Source: Eubacteriales bacterium (lineage in GTDB: Bacteria > Bacillota > Clostridia > Oscillospirales > CAG-272). From it: a DNA stretch of 64,000 nt. Under the pieces are notes generated by a model, which saw nothing but the letters and a program-made list of their open reading frames with translations, searched no databases and was not told the origin of the DNA. Below, piece by piece: positions 19,820 through 27,759 of this stretch (its first letter is position 1; every line of letters starts with the position of its first letter). The stretch covers positions 67,399 to 131,398 of the forward strand of contig JAZQWL010000010.1 of NCBI GenBank assembly GCA_045632305.1, written 5' to 3'. Made by a program: the position numbers and the translations under genes.

Positions 19820-21667
19820 TTATATGAGGTCTGTGTAATCTTCAATAACCGTGTATTTTTCGCCGTCGAAATCAAGAATAATGTCACCGATGATATTCAC
19901 GGCAAGCTCGTTTATAATATCCGCAAGTCCGTCGAGCGTCATGCCGTGTGATCTTGCGTAGCTTTTTTGTTCCTGAGGTGAACCGCTTTTGCAAATAAGC
20001 AAAAATTCATGATGCTCGCCCCACGAGGGTGAGTTGAGAGTTAAGAGTGAAGAGTTAAGAGTTGAGGTGGATTTTTGTCCAAGACAAAAATCTTCATTTG
20101 ATTTTAACTCTTCATTCTGCATTCTGCACTCTGCACTTGCATTTAACTCTGCACTCTGCACTCTGCACTCTGCACTTGCATTTAACTCTGCACTCTGCAT
20201 TCTGCACTTTGCACTTGCATTTAACTCTGCACTCTGCACTCTGCACTCTGCACTTGCATTAAACTTTGCACTCTGCATTCTGCACTCTGCACTTGCATTT
20301 AACTCTGCACTCTGCATTCTGCACTCTGCACTTTCAGCAAATGCCTCGGTAAGCTTTTTTGTGGTTGCCCATGAGCGCGCCTCGATTGCCTTTGCGTTTG
20401 AAAGGGAAAGCTGCGTCTTAGGTATATCGTAAAGGTGGCTGTATTTTTCCTCAAGCTTTTGTTCTGCTTTTTGCTTTTCGCTTGCTTTTGCGGATGCAAA
20501 TTCGTCGGATACGGAGGCAAAATAACCGTCAATCACATCGGTGATCTTAAGCGGAAGCTCGCCCACCGCAAGGGATGTTCGTATGCCGAGAAGCGCGCGG
20601 AGCTTGTTTTCCGCGTAGCGTATTGCGTCGGTTACAACTCCCGCGATGCATTTTACGGGGAAGTAGCTTACAAGGATTCTTGTGTTTGGCGCGCAGAATT
20701 CGATACGCCCGTCAAAAAGCTTTCTGTCGGTGAGCTTCGTGGAAAAAATTCCCGAGGCGTTATTGATTATTTCACCGTAAGAAGCGTCATTTATAAAGCA
20801 CGCGTTGAGCGCGGCGGGAATGTGTGTATCGAACGCTGCCTTTTTTTCGTCGGTATAGAATTTGGATTTTTTGTAATCGTAGATTGAGATATGCTCAATT
20901 GCGATCGGAGCGTAGATGTGTCTGTTTGACTCCGAAAGCCCCAAGAAGAATTCGTCTGCGGAGTGATCCGTCATGAAGGTGTGAAGCACGTCGCGTATTT
21001 CTTCGATCGGGCATTTGAGCTTGTGAATAAGGCAAAAATCCGAAATAATTCTCGCGATATATATTTTACCTACCACGTTATCAAAGCAGGTTAGAGCGAT
21101 TTTTACAAGGTCTGTAAGACATCTGTGAAGATCCTCGCCCTCGCCCGCGGTAACAAGCTCCTGAATATAGAGCTTGATATATGAAATATCGGTTTTAATA
21201 AATTCGCCGTTCCTTACGTTTTCGCGCCACCAGAGGTAGTACGAAAGCTGTGCGCGTGTCATGGAGGAATATCTCGGGGAATGGGAGTAGAAGCTGACGT
21301 AGCTGCAGGGCGTACCTTTTCGTTCAAGCAACGCCGCGCGTTCGCGCATGAAGAGGGCGCTCGGCTCGAAAATATTTTTGTTTTTATCCTTGGTCGTGAT
21401 CTTGACCTTGTTTATAAAAATATTGTCGGGGGTATATTCGAGAATTGTATCGGGGGCTAAAGCTTCGGGCTTTCTGTCGGGAATCTTTACGGATGCGCTG
21501 ACAGATCCGCCACCCGTTCCCGATTCGATAAGTACACCCTCGGGAGTCGGTTGTTTGTGTATCTGGTAGGAGGGCGCGGGGCGGGAATTACCCTTATTTG
21601 CGGACAGATCCCAAAAATCGTTGCCGCCAATATCGTTGCGAGCGTAATATTTACCCGAATCTGACAT
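19820..21667 (-). CDS. sngA: TerB-N / TerB-C domain protein with internal 13-aa repeat linker (Shango SngA-like)
   Basis: 615 aa. TerB-N-like core (SPRYSSMTRAQLSYYLWWRENVRNGEFIKTDISYIKLYIQELV). Six SAECRMQSAELNA-type repeats. A TerB-C-like tail (GMTLDGLADIINELAVNIIGDIILDFDG). Confidence 0.7.
   Translation of the reverse strand: MSDSGKYYARNDIGGNDFWDLSANKGNSRPAPSYQIHKQPTPEGVLIESGTGGGSVSASVKIPDRKPEALAPDTILEYTPDNIFINKVKITTKDKNKNIFEPSALFMRERAALLERKGTPCSYVSFYSHSPRYSSMTRAQLSYYLWWRENVRNGEFIKTDISYIKLYIQELVTAGEGEDLHRCLTDLVKIALTCFDNVVGKIYIARIISDFCLIHKLKCPIEEIRDVLHTFMTDHSADEFFLGLSESNRHIYAPIAIEHISIYDYKKSKFYTDEKKAAFDTHIPAALNACFINDASYGEIINNASGIFSTKLTDRKLFDGRIEFCAPNTRILVSYFPVKCIAGVVTDAIRYAENKLRALLGIRTSLAVGELPLKITDVIDGYFASVSDEFASAKASEKQKAEQKLEEKYSHLYDIPKTQLSLSNAKAIEARSWATTKKLTEAFAESAECRMQSAELNASAECRMQSAKFNASAECRVQSAELNASAKCRMQSAELNASAECRVQSAELNASAECRMQNEELKSNEDFCLGQKSTSTLNSSLLTLNSPSWGEHHEFLLICKSGSPQEQKSYARSHGMTLDGLADIINELAVNIIGDIILDFDGEKYTVIEDYTDLI
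20104..20337. repeat. 6 x 39-bp in-frame tandem repeat, each unit built from TGCA(C/T)TC heptamers
   Basis: Units start at 20104, 20143, 20182, 20221, 20260 and 20299. The consensus on the + strand is TTAACTC TGCACTC TGCACTC TGCACTC TGCACTT GCAT. Units 2 and 4 are identical. Confidence 0.95.
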
Positions 21668-21704
21668 TTTTATCCCTCCTTGTCCGTCTTTTTCTTAATA
21701 TATA

Positions 21705-21733
21705 ATTATAACATTTTTTTTTGCTTTTGTCAA
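21705..21733 (-). promoter_or_regulatory. Consensus sigma-A promoter of the TerB/ATPase/helicase operon
   Basis: On the minus strand: TTGACA (21733-21728), 17 nt, TATAAT (21710-21705). This lies about 40 nt upstream of the AAGGAGGG RBS and ATG. Confidence 0.7.
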
Positions 21734-21744
21734 GTTATATGAGC

Positions 21745-21773
21745 TTGACAGAAAATCTCTTTTATTGTATAAT
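21745..21773 (+). promoter_or_regulatory. Consensus sigma-A promoter of the divergent small ORF
   Basis: TTGACA (21745-21750), 17 nt, TATAAT (21768-21773). Back to back with the minus-strand promoter. Confidence 0.7.
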
Positions 21774-21800
21774 TAAATCAGAAAAAAGCGAGGTGTTTTT

Positions 21801-22085
21801 ATGATAAAGCAGTATTTTGAAGTTAAAATTGATGAAGAAACATACAGAATCGAATATTCCTTCAATAAATTTCTCGGTAAAACCACGTTTGCCGTGAACG
21901 ATGACGAGTTTTCCACGCGCGGTCACGCCTTCGGCATCGGTGTCAAGAGAAGTGAAATGATAATGATCGGCATGACGCAGGGCGCGCTCTCCATTGATAA
22001 GAAGGGAAGAGCGAAGCTCATCTGTCGCGACGCGGACAGTGTGCGTGAGGTTGAGGGGTTTGAAGAATTCGAGTCGGAGGAATAA
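21801..22085 (+). CDS. Hypothetical 94-aa protein with acidic tail
   Basis: ATG preceded by GCGAGGTG. It has its own consensus promoter and a terminator. I recognise no family. Confidence 0.5.
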   Translation: MIKQYFEVKIDEETYRIEYSFNKFLGKTTFAVNDDEFSTRGHAFGIGVKRSEMIMIGMTQGALSIDKKGRAKLICRDADSVREVEGFEEFESEE

Positions 22086-22118
22086 AAAAGAGCAGACACA
22101 TCGTGTCTGCTCTTTTTG
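22084..22118. terminator. Bidirectional terminator
   Basis: GAGCAGACAC-atc-GTGTCTGCTC stem flanked by an A-run and a T-run. Confidence 0.8.
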
Positions 22119-22119
22119 T

Positions 22120-22806
22120 TTATTCTCCGTCGGAGAATCTGAAGCCCGCGGTTTCGGTAATGGGGAGCGCAAACACAACGGGATGCGCGCTTTCGGCATA
22201 CGTGTAGGAGGCAATCGCCTTCATAATGGCGGATTTTGTTTCCTTGTGGCTTACGATGTATATAATTTCCTTTTCGTCGGAAATTGCCATGCCGAAGAAT
22301 TTGTCAGTTCCCGCCTTGGCGGTACCCTTTGCCTTGACGATAGTGCCGCCCGTAGCACCCGCCTCGCGAGCCGCGGTCATTATTTCATTTGTGTGTCCTT
22401 TAGCGCAGATCGCAATTATAAGCTCCATTGTATTAGTCCTTTCAGTGATTTCTTTTTTCTGTACTCCCTCGTCGCATACACCTTCTGTGACGATGTTATC
22501 AAGCACCCGTCTTGACGCGATCGCGGAGAGTGGGATCGCCATGGAGATTCCGCGGTCGGGAAGGTAAATGCGCATATCGTGAGCAAGTCCGTAAATAAGC
22601 TCGCGCATCTTGCTCTCGGTAACGATGGACTGCATCATTACCTTTTCGCTCTTTTCAAGCCCAAATGTTTTGAGCTTGCTCTCGCGGGTAGAACCCTCGC
22701 AGAGCGTTGAATATATAGGATAAGTGTGGCGGGAGAGGAAGAAATCCGAGAACTCCTCGGCCTCACTTTTCTTTGTTACCGTTATTAAAAGAAAGATGTT
22801 TTCCAT
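22120..22806 (-). CDS. Tandem P-II-like (GlnB-superfamily) signal protein
   Basis: 228 aa. The C-terminal half (MELIIAICAKGHTNEIMTAAREAGATGGTIVKAKGT) is a clear P-II-like fold pattern and the N-terminal half is a degenerate copy. Its start lies 1 nt downstream of the stop of the DUF1538 gene, which is upstream in the operon. Confidence 0.65.
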   Translation of the reverse strand: MENIFLLITVTKKSEAEEFSDFFLSRHTYPIYSTLCEGSTRESKLKTFGLEKSEKVMMQSIVTESKMRELIYGLAHDMRIYLPDRGISMAIPLSAIASRRVLDNIVTEGVCDEGVQKKEITERTNTMELIIAICAKGHTNEIMTAAREAGATGGTIVKAKGTAKAGTDKFFGMAISDEKEIIYIVSHKETKSAIMKAIASYTYAESAHPVVFALPITETAGFRFSDGE

Positions 22807-22807
22807 A

Positions 22808-24400
22808 TCAGGATAAAACTCCGCTTAAATCAAATTCAATAATTTCTACGTCGTATTCGCTTGAAGCTTCAGTATTATCAAGCTCAATGATTTCATCGTC
22901 AACCTCGGACGACGTAACAGCGGCTGTCTGCTTCGCCTTGAATACGATACCTAAAATCTGGATGGATATGGTGGGCGTCATCGCAACGAGCGCGATCGTT
23001 CCGAACGCGTCCATCATGATCTTGTCGCTTGTAGCTCCCATAGCAGTCGAAATGCCTATGGACAAGGGCAAAAGGAAGGTTGCCGCCATAACGCCCGATG
23101 CAACGCCGCCCGCGTCGAACGCGATGGACGTAAAGATTGACGGGCAGAAGAACGTTAGGATCACGGCAATTACGTATCCTATGACGAGCATCGGCATGAT
23201 TGAGATTCCCGTAAGAGCGCGGAGCATTGAAAGTCCCGCGGCGAGAGATACGCCGATCGCCATCATAAGAGGGAGGATCTTTTTTGGTATTGTGCCTGCG
23301 GTCGCATCCTCGACCTGCTTTTCAAGTACACCTACGGCGGGCTCGGCGTATGTCATACAGAAGCCGATGATCATGCCGACGGGGATTATCATATATTTGA
23401 GCTCACCGATGGCAAGCGTGCTTCCGATATAGCTTCCCACGGGCATAAAGCCGACGTTTACTCCTACGAGGAAAAGCACCATGCCGACAAAGGTATACAC
23501 CGCGCCGACAGTTATTTGAGTTTTTTCCGCCTTGGTGATTTTTGTGGTCGCGAACTGATATATTACAAAGAAAATAATGATCGGGATAAGTCCCATAAGC
23601 ACGTCTTTGATGACGTGAGGAGCTTTCTTGAGGAATGAAAGCGCCATGCTCTGTGAGTTTTCAAACGCAGGAAGCTCGTGCGGAGTGTATGCAACGCTGT
23701 CAAGACCACCCATAAGACCGAGTATAAGAATCGCGAGTATCGGACCTATGGAACAAATTGCCATAAGACCGAAGCTTGAGTCGTCATCACCGTTCTGCGC
23801 ACTGATCGCGGCAATACCCGCGCCGATGGACATTACAAAGGGGACCGACATCGCTCCCGTGGTAACTCCGCCTGCGTCAAAGGCGATGGCTAAAAATCTC
23901 GGGTTTTTGAAATACGTAAGTAATGCGAGCGCAATAACGAGACCGTATCCGACAAGAAGCAAATATTTGATCTTTACGCCGAAAATAATTCTCATAACGG
24001 CAATAACAAGGCAGATGCCAAGACCGATAGCTACAGCTAAAACGAATATCAGCTTTTGGTTGCCCGTATATCCTGCGAGAACGTGAAGATCGGGCTCGGA
24101 AATAGTGATAAGTACGCCCACAATAAGGGAAATGATTGCGATTATGGGGATGTTGCGGGATTTTGTAAGGTTAGAACCGATATGCGTACCCATTTTCGTC
24201 ATGGACATATCTGCGCCAAGCGAGAAAAGGCCTAGACCTACGGTCAAAAGGCACGTGCCGACGAGAAATGCTATGAAAATGTCATTCGGCAGTGGGCATA
24301 CCGTAAAGGACATGAGAAGCACGATGAGTGCTATCGGCAAAACCGAAAAGCATGCTTCCTTGACCTTCTCAATTATGGTTTCGTATCTGTATTTTTTCAT
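22808..24400 (-). CDS. DUF1538-family integral membrane protein (duplicated/fused)
   Basis: 530-aa polytopic protein with two similar halves (FDAGGVTTGAMSVPF and FDAGGVASGVMAATF) and an acidic C-tail. Confidence 0.65.
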   Translation of the reverse strand: MKKYRYETIIEKVKEACFSVLPIALIVLLMSFTVCPLPNDIFIAFLVGTCLLTVGLGLFSLGADMSMTKMGTHIGSNLTKSRNIPIIAIISLIVGVLITISEPDLHVLAGYTGNQKLIFVLAVAIGLGICLVIAVMRIIFGVKIKYLLLVGYGLVIALALLTYFKNPRFLAIAFDAGGVTTGAMSVPFVMSIGAGIAAISAQNGDDDSSFGLMAICSIGPILAILILGLMGGLDSVAYTPHELPAFENSQSMALSFLKKAPHVIKDVLMGLIPIIIFFVIYQFATTKITKAEKTQITVGAVYTFVGMVLFLVGVNVGFMPVGSYIGSTLAIGELKYMIIPVGMIIGFCMTYAEPAVGVLEKQVEDATAGTIPKKILPLMMAIGVSLAAGLSMLRALTGISIMPMLVIGYVIAVILTFFCPSIFTSIAFDAGGVASGVMAATFLLPLSIGISTAMGATSDKIMMDAFGTIALVAMTPTISIQILGIVFKAKQTAAVTSSEVDDEIIELDNTEASSEYDVEIIEFDLSGVLS

Positions 24401-24433
24401 CTATATTAATTCCTTAATAAACAATATATATTT

Positions 24434-24462
24434 ATTATACTATAGCGGATTTGTTTTGTCAA
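24434..24462 (-). promoter_or_regulatory. Consensus sigma-A promoter of the DUF1538/P-II operon
   Basis: On the minus strand: TTGACA-17 nt-TATAAT. Confidence 0.65.
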
Positions 24463-24559
24463 TGCGGGTGGGCAATTTTATTGTAATTTAATATTGAAGA
24501 GAATTGAAAGCTCAGGTTTTTTATTATTGAACTATGCGTCTAAAGATTGGTAAAATCCC

Positions 24560-24588
24560 TTGACAATTATAGTTTTGTGTGATAAAAT
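24560..24588 (+). promoter_or_regulatory. Likely glyQS promoter
   Basis: TTGACA-17 nt-TAAAAT, about 90 nt upstream of the ATG. Confidence 0.55.
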
Positions 24589-24678
24589 TTATAATTGAAG
24601 TAATATTTGCTTAATTACAATTTTGAGCTTTTTCTGCCTTGTATCCAATAAGGCGTGAGAAGCGGAATGGAGTAAAAA

Positions 24679-26100
24679 ATGAAGAACACAGAAAAGACAA
24701 TGGACAAAATTGTAGCCCTTTGTAAAAACCGCGGCTACATCTTCCCCGGAAGTGAAATTTACGGCGGACTTGCAAACACATGGGATTACGGTCCTCTCGG
24801 CGTTGAGCTTAAGAACAACGTTAAGAAAGCTTGGTGGAAGAAGTTTGTTCAGGAAAATAAATACAACGTAGGTCTCGATGCCGCTATTCTTATGAACCCT
24901 CAGACATGGGTTGCATCGGGTCATCTTGCGGGATTCTCCGATCCTCTTATGGACTGCCGCGAATGTCACGAAAGATTCCGCGCTGACAAGCTCATCGAGG
25001 ACTATTGCGCTGAAACCGGCGTAACACTTGAAAAGCCCATTGACGCTTTCACACACGCTGAAATGAAGGAATTCGTTGAAGCGAACAACATTCCTTGTCC
25101 TACCTGCGGCAAGCACAATTTTACAGACATCCGTCAGTTTAACCTTATGTTCAAGACGTTCCAGGGCGTAACCGAGGACGCTAAGAATACAGTTTACCTC
25201 CGTCCCGAGACTGCTCAGGGTATCTTTACAAACTTTGCAAACGTGCAGAGAACAACGAGAAAGAAGCTTCCCTTCGGTATCGGTCAGATCGGTAAGTCCT
25301 TCAGAAACGAGATCACTCCCGGTAACTTTATCTTCCGCGTACGTGAATTCGAACAGATGGAGCTTGAATTCTTCTGCAAGCCCGGAACAGACCTCGAATG
25401 GTTTGCATATTGGAGAAATTTCTGCCACCAGTGGCTGCTTGCCATCGGTCTTAAGGATGAAAACCTTCGTCTTCGCGACCACGATCCCGAAGAGCTTTGC
25501 TTCTATTCAAAGGCGACTACTGACTTTGAATTCTTGTTCCCGTTCGGTTGGGGCGAGCTTTGGGGCGTAGCTGACAGAACTGACTATGACCTTACACAGC
25601 ACCAGAACGAGTCCAGAAAGGATCTTACTTACTTCGATCCTGAAACAAACGAAAGATATACACCTTGCGTAATCGAGCCCTCTCTCGGTGTTGAAAGAAG
25701 CGTTCTCGCGGTTCTTTGCGATGCTTACGACGAAGAGGTTATTGATGAAGCGAAGAACGACGTGAGAACTGTTCTTCACCTCCATCCCGCGCTCGCTCCC
25801 GTTAAGGCAGCGATCCTCCCCCTCTCCAAGAAGCTCTCCGGTAAGGCGGATGAGATTTATAGTGAGCTTTCCAAGTATTATAACGTGGATTTCGATGAGA
25901 CCGGATCTATCGGTAAGAGATACCGCCGTCAGGATGAGATCGGTACTCCCATTTGTATTACTGTTGACTTTGAAACTGTTGGCGATGGTGATGCTGCAGG
26001 TGATAACTGCGTAACAGTACGTGACAGAGATACAATGGAGCAGGTTCGTCTCCCCATCTCTGAACTCAAGGCATACCTTGATAAGATCATGGAATTTTAA
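24679..26100 (+). CDS. glyQS: Glycine--tRNA ligase (homodimeric class II type)
   Basis: 473 aa with [34 protein letters not shown], class II motifs and a C-terminal anticodon-binding domain. Confidence 0.95.
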   Translation: MKNTEKTMDKIVALCKNRGYIFPGSEIYGGLANTWDYGPLGVELKNNVKKAWWKKFVQENKYNVGLDAAILMNPQTWVASGHLAGFSDPLMDCRECHERFRADKLIEDYCAETGVTLEKPIDAFTHAEMKEFVEANNIPCPTCGKHNFTDIRQFNLMFKTFQGVTEDAKNTVYLRPETAQGIFTNFANVQRTTRKKLPFGIGQIGKSFRNEITPGNFIFRVREFEQMELEFFCKPGTDLEWFAYWRNFCHQWLLAIGLKDENLRLRDHDPEELCFYSKATTDFEFLFPFGWGELWGVADRTDYDLTQHQNESRKDLTYFDPETNERYTPCVIEPSLGVERSVLAVLCDAYDEEVIDEAKNDVRTVLHLHPALAPVKAAILPLSKKLSGKADEIYSELSKYYNVDFDETGSIGKRYRRQDEIGTPICITVDFETVGDGDAAGDNCVTVRDRDTMEQVRLPISELKAYLDKIMEF

Positions 26101-26173
26101 TCGAAAATAAACAAGCGTGCATATTTTTCAACAATTGATTTATAAATTCGATTGATTTTGGAGGCAAAACAGT

Positions 26174-26356
26174 ATGTCTAAGAATAAAAGATTTATAAAG
26201 GTATATTCTGATGGAGCTTTCTCTCCTATGCAGATCTGGGTTGATAAGGAGACAGGCGTTAATTATCTCCTCATGCGCGACGGCTATGCCGGCGGAATGA
26301 CGCCCTTACTTGATAAGGATGGTAAGGTTGTTGTAACCCCCGTTGAAGAAGAATAA
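26174..26356 (+). CDS. Small conserved protein (DUF6440-like)
   Basis: 60 aa with a GGAGG RBS and a strong terminator. The sequence pattern (VDKETGVNYLL...GGMTPLLDKDGK) is familiar from small Firmicute proteins. Confidence 0.55.
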   Translation: MSKNKRFIKVYSDGAFSPMQIWVDKETGVNYLLMRDGYAGGMTPLLDKDGKVVVTPVEEE

Positions 26357-26357
26357 A

Positions 26358-26395
26358 AGAAACTCCGACGGTGCTCCGTCGGGGTTTCTTTTTAT
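26358..26395 (+). terminator. Rho-independent terminator
   Basis: 14-bp stem AGAAACTCCGACGG/CCGTCGGGGTTTCT followed by TTTTT. Confidence 0.8.
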
Positions 26396-26402
26396 TGAAA
26401 TG

Positions 26403-26439
26403 CAAAAAAACAGAGTTCGCTTGACGAACTCGGTTTTTC
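26403..26439. terminator. Bidirectional terminator (serves rplL on the minus strand)
   Basis: GAGTTCG-cttga-CGAACTC stem flanked by an A7 run and a T5 run. Confidence 0.65.
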
Positions 26440-26496
26440 TGTAAATTATCCAAATTTGCAGAATTGTATGTTGGTGAAAGGTCAGTAATTTTAAAA

Positions 26497-26874
26497 TTAC
26501 TTAATTTCAACAGATGCGCCTGCTTCTTCGAGAGCAGCCTTGATCTTTTCAGCTTCGTCCTTGGACACGCCTTCCTTAACGTTCTTAGGACAACCTTCAA
26601 CCATGTCCTTAGCTTCCTTAAGGCCGAGACCTGTGATTTCACGAACTGCCTTGATAACGTTGAGCTTCTTGTCGCCGAAGCCAGTGAGAACTACGTCGAA
26701 TTCTGTCTTTTCTTCAACTGCGGGAGCTGCTGCGCCTGCTACTGCAACTACGCCTACGGGAGCTGCTGCGGATACGCCAAATTCTTCTTCAACTGCCTTT
26801 ACGAGTTCAGCGAGTTCGAGAAGTGTGAGGGACTTAACCTCTTCAACAATATTCATAATCTTTTCGGATGCCAT
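26497..26874 (-). CDS. rplL: 50S ribosomal protein L7/L12
   Basis: 125 aa: [39 protein letters not shown]... Confidence 0.97.
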   Translation of the reverse strand: MASEKIMNIVEEVKSLTLLELAELVKAVEEEFGVSAAAPVGVVAVAGAAAPAVEEKTEFDVVLTGFGDKKLNVIKAVREITGLGLKEAKDMVEGCPKNVKEGVSKDEAEKIKAALEEAGASVEIK

Positions 26875-26932
26875 TTTGATTTACCTCCTGAAATGTGTGT
26901 TTAATAGTTTTTTTGTGTTTTACAGCTGTAAA

Positions 26933-27460
26933 TTATTCAGCTGCTGCTTCTGTTGTAGCTTCGCCTTCGTTATCCTTATCGAGGATTGCCTGAAGAGCAT
27001 AAGCAAAGTTGTAAACAGGAGACTTGATAGAGCCGAGGAACTTGGAAATGAGAACTTCCTTCGAAGGAATGGAAGCAAGGTTCTCAACGCCTGCAACGTC
27101 TATAACTTCTCCATCGATGTATCCTGCGAGAATCTTAAAGGATTCGATCTTATCTGCGTATTCCTTGATGATCTTTGCAGGAGCAACCGGGTCATTTGCG
27201 CTAATTGCGATAGCTGTCATGCCGTTGAGGTACTGCTTCATGTCGCTGTAACCGCACATGTCGCAAGCTCTACCTGTAAGTGTGTTCTTCATAACAACGT
27301 ACTTAACGCCTGCTTCACGAAGTGCCTTACGGAGTGCTGTGTCCTTTTCAACGGTGATACCCTGGTAATTAACGACTACGCCGGATGCACTAGCTTTGAT
27401 GAGTTCTGCAAGGTCTGCTACGACCTGCTGCTTCTGTTCAAGTATTGCATTACTTGGCAT
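26933..27460 (-). CDS. rplJ: 50S ribosomal protein L10
   Basis: 175 aa, directly upstream of rplL, with a typical L10 N-terminus. Confidence 0.95.
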   Translation of the reverse strand: MPSNAILEQKQQVVADLAELIKASASGVVVNYQGITVEKDTALRKALREAGVKYVVMKNTLTGRACDMCGYSDMKQYLNGMTAIAISANDPVAPAKIIKEYADKIESFKILAGYIDGEVIDVAGVENLASIPSKEVLISKFLGSIKSPVYNFAYALQAILDKDNEGEATTEAAAE

Positions 27461-27652
27461 TGTGGTTTACCTCCCGTACTGATGAGTAAAATAAAAAATC
27501 TTTCTTTTCCCGAAACACAAGTACACCGAGATAAAGAAAGACACAAAAATAGTAATATTATTATCATTTTGGTTTTCTCCTCGGCAGGGTGGCTTGCGCT
27601 TTTACGGGAACCTGCTGTCTTTGGATAAAGGCATTTAATTGCCTACCTTGGG
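27461..27652 (-). promoter_or_regulatory. rplJ 5' leader, probable L10-leader-type attenuator
   Basis: ~190-nt leader between a consensus promoter and rplJ. It contains a GC-rich structured part (CAGCAGGTTCCCGTAAAAGCGCAAGCCACCCTGCCGAGGAG) followed by the TCTTTCTTT...AAAGAAAGA stem plus TTTTTTATTTT before the RBS. Confidence 0.55.
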
Positions 27653-27681
27653 ATTATATCATAAGATTTTCATTTTGTCAA
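27653..27681 (-). promoter_or_regulatory. Consensus sigma-A promoter of rplJL
   Basis: On the minus strand: TTGACA-17 nt-TATAAT. Confidence 0.7.
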
Positions 27682-27759
27682 TAGCTTTTTGCAAAGTTTT
27701 TGCACATTTTTTAAAAAAATATGCGAAACGCCCGTGTTTGCGCTTCGCATAAGTGTATT

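Noticed and set aside
20104-20337. Possible CRISPR array
   Set aside because: The repeats are directly abutting with no unique spacers. They are in frame inside a long ORF, and no cas genes are nearby.
20034-20432. Plus-strand ORFs (132 aa and 66 aa) across the 39-bp repeats
   Set aside because: They are merely the antisense reading of the sngA tandem repeat (LHSALAFNSALCI...). They are open because of repeat composition and have no RBS.
24589-24678. T-box riboswitch upstream of glyQS
   Set aside because: The promoter-to-ATG leader is only about 90 nt with no specifier or terminator-antiterminator architecture. It is too short for a T-box.
24589-25482. 297-aa ORF on the minus strand
   Set aside because: It lies entirely antisense to the well-supported glyQS gene. 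It has no RBS and a low-complexity, Leu/Val/Cys-rich composition typical of shadow ORFs.
26540-27628. 362-aa ORF on the plus strand
   Set aside because: It is antisense to rplL and rplJ and runs through their leader and promoter. The Ser/Ala/Thr-rich, low-complexity translation is a mirror of highly expressed genes, not a real CDS.
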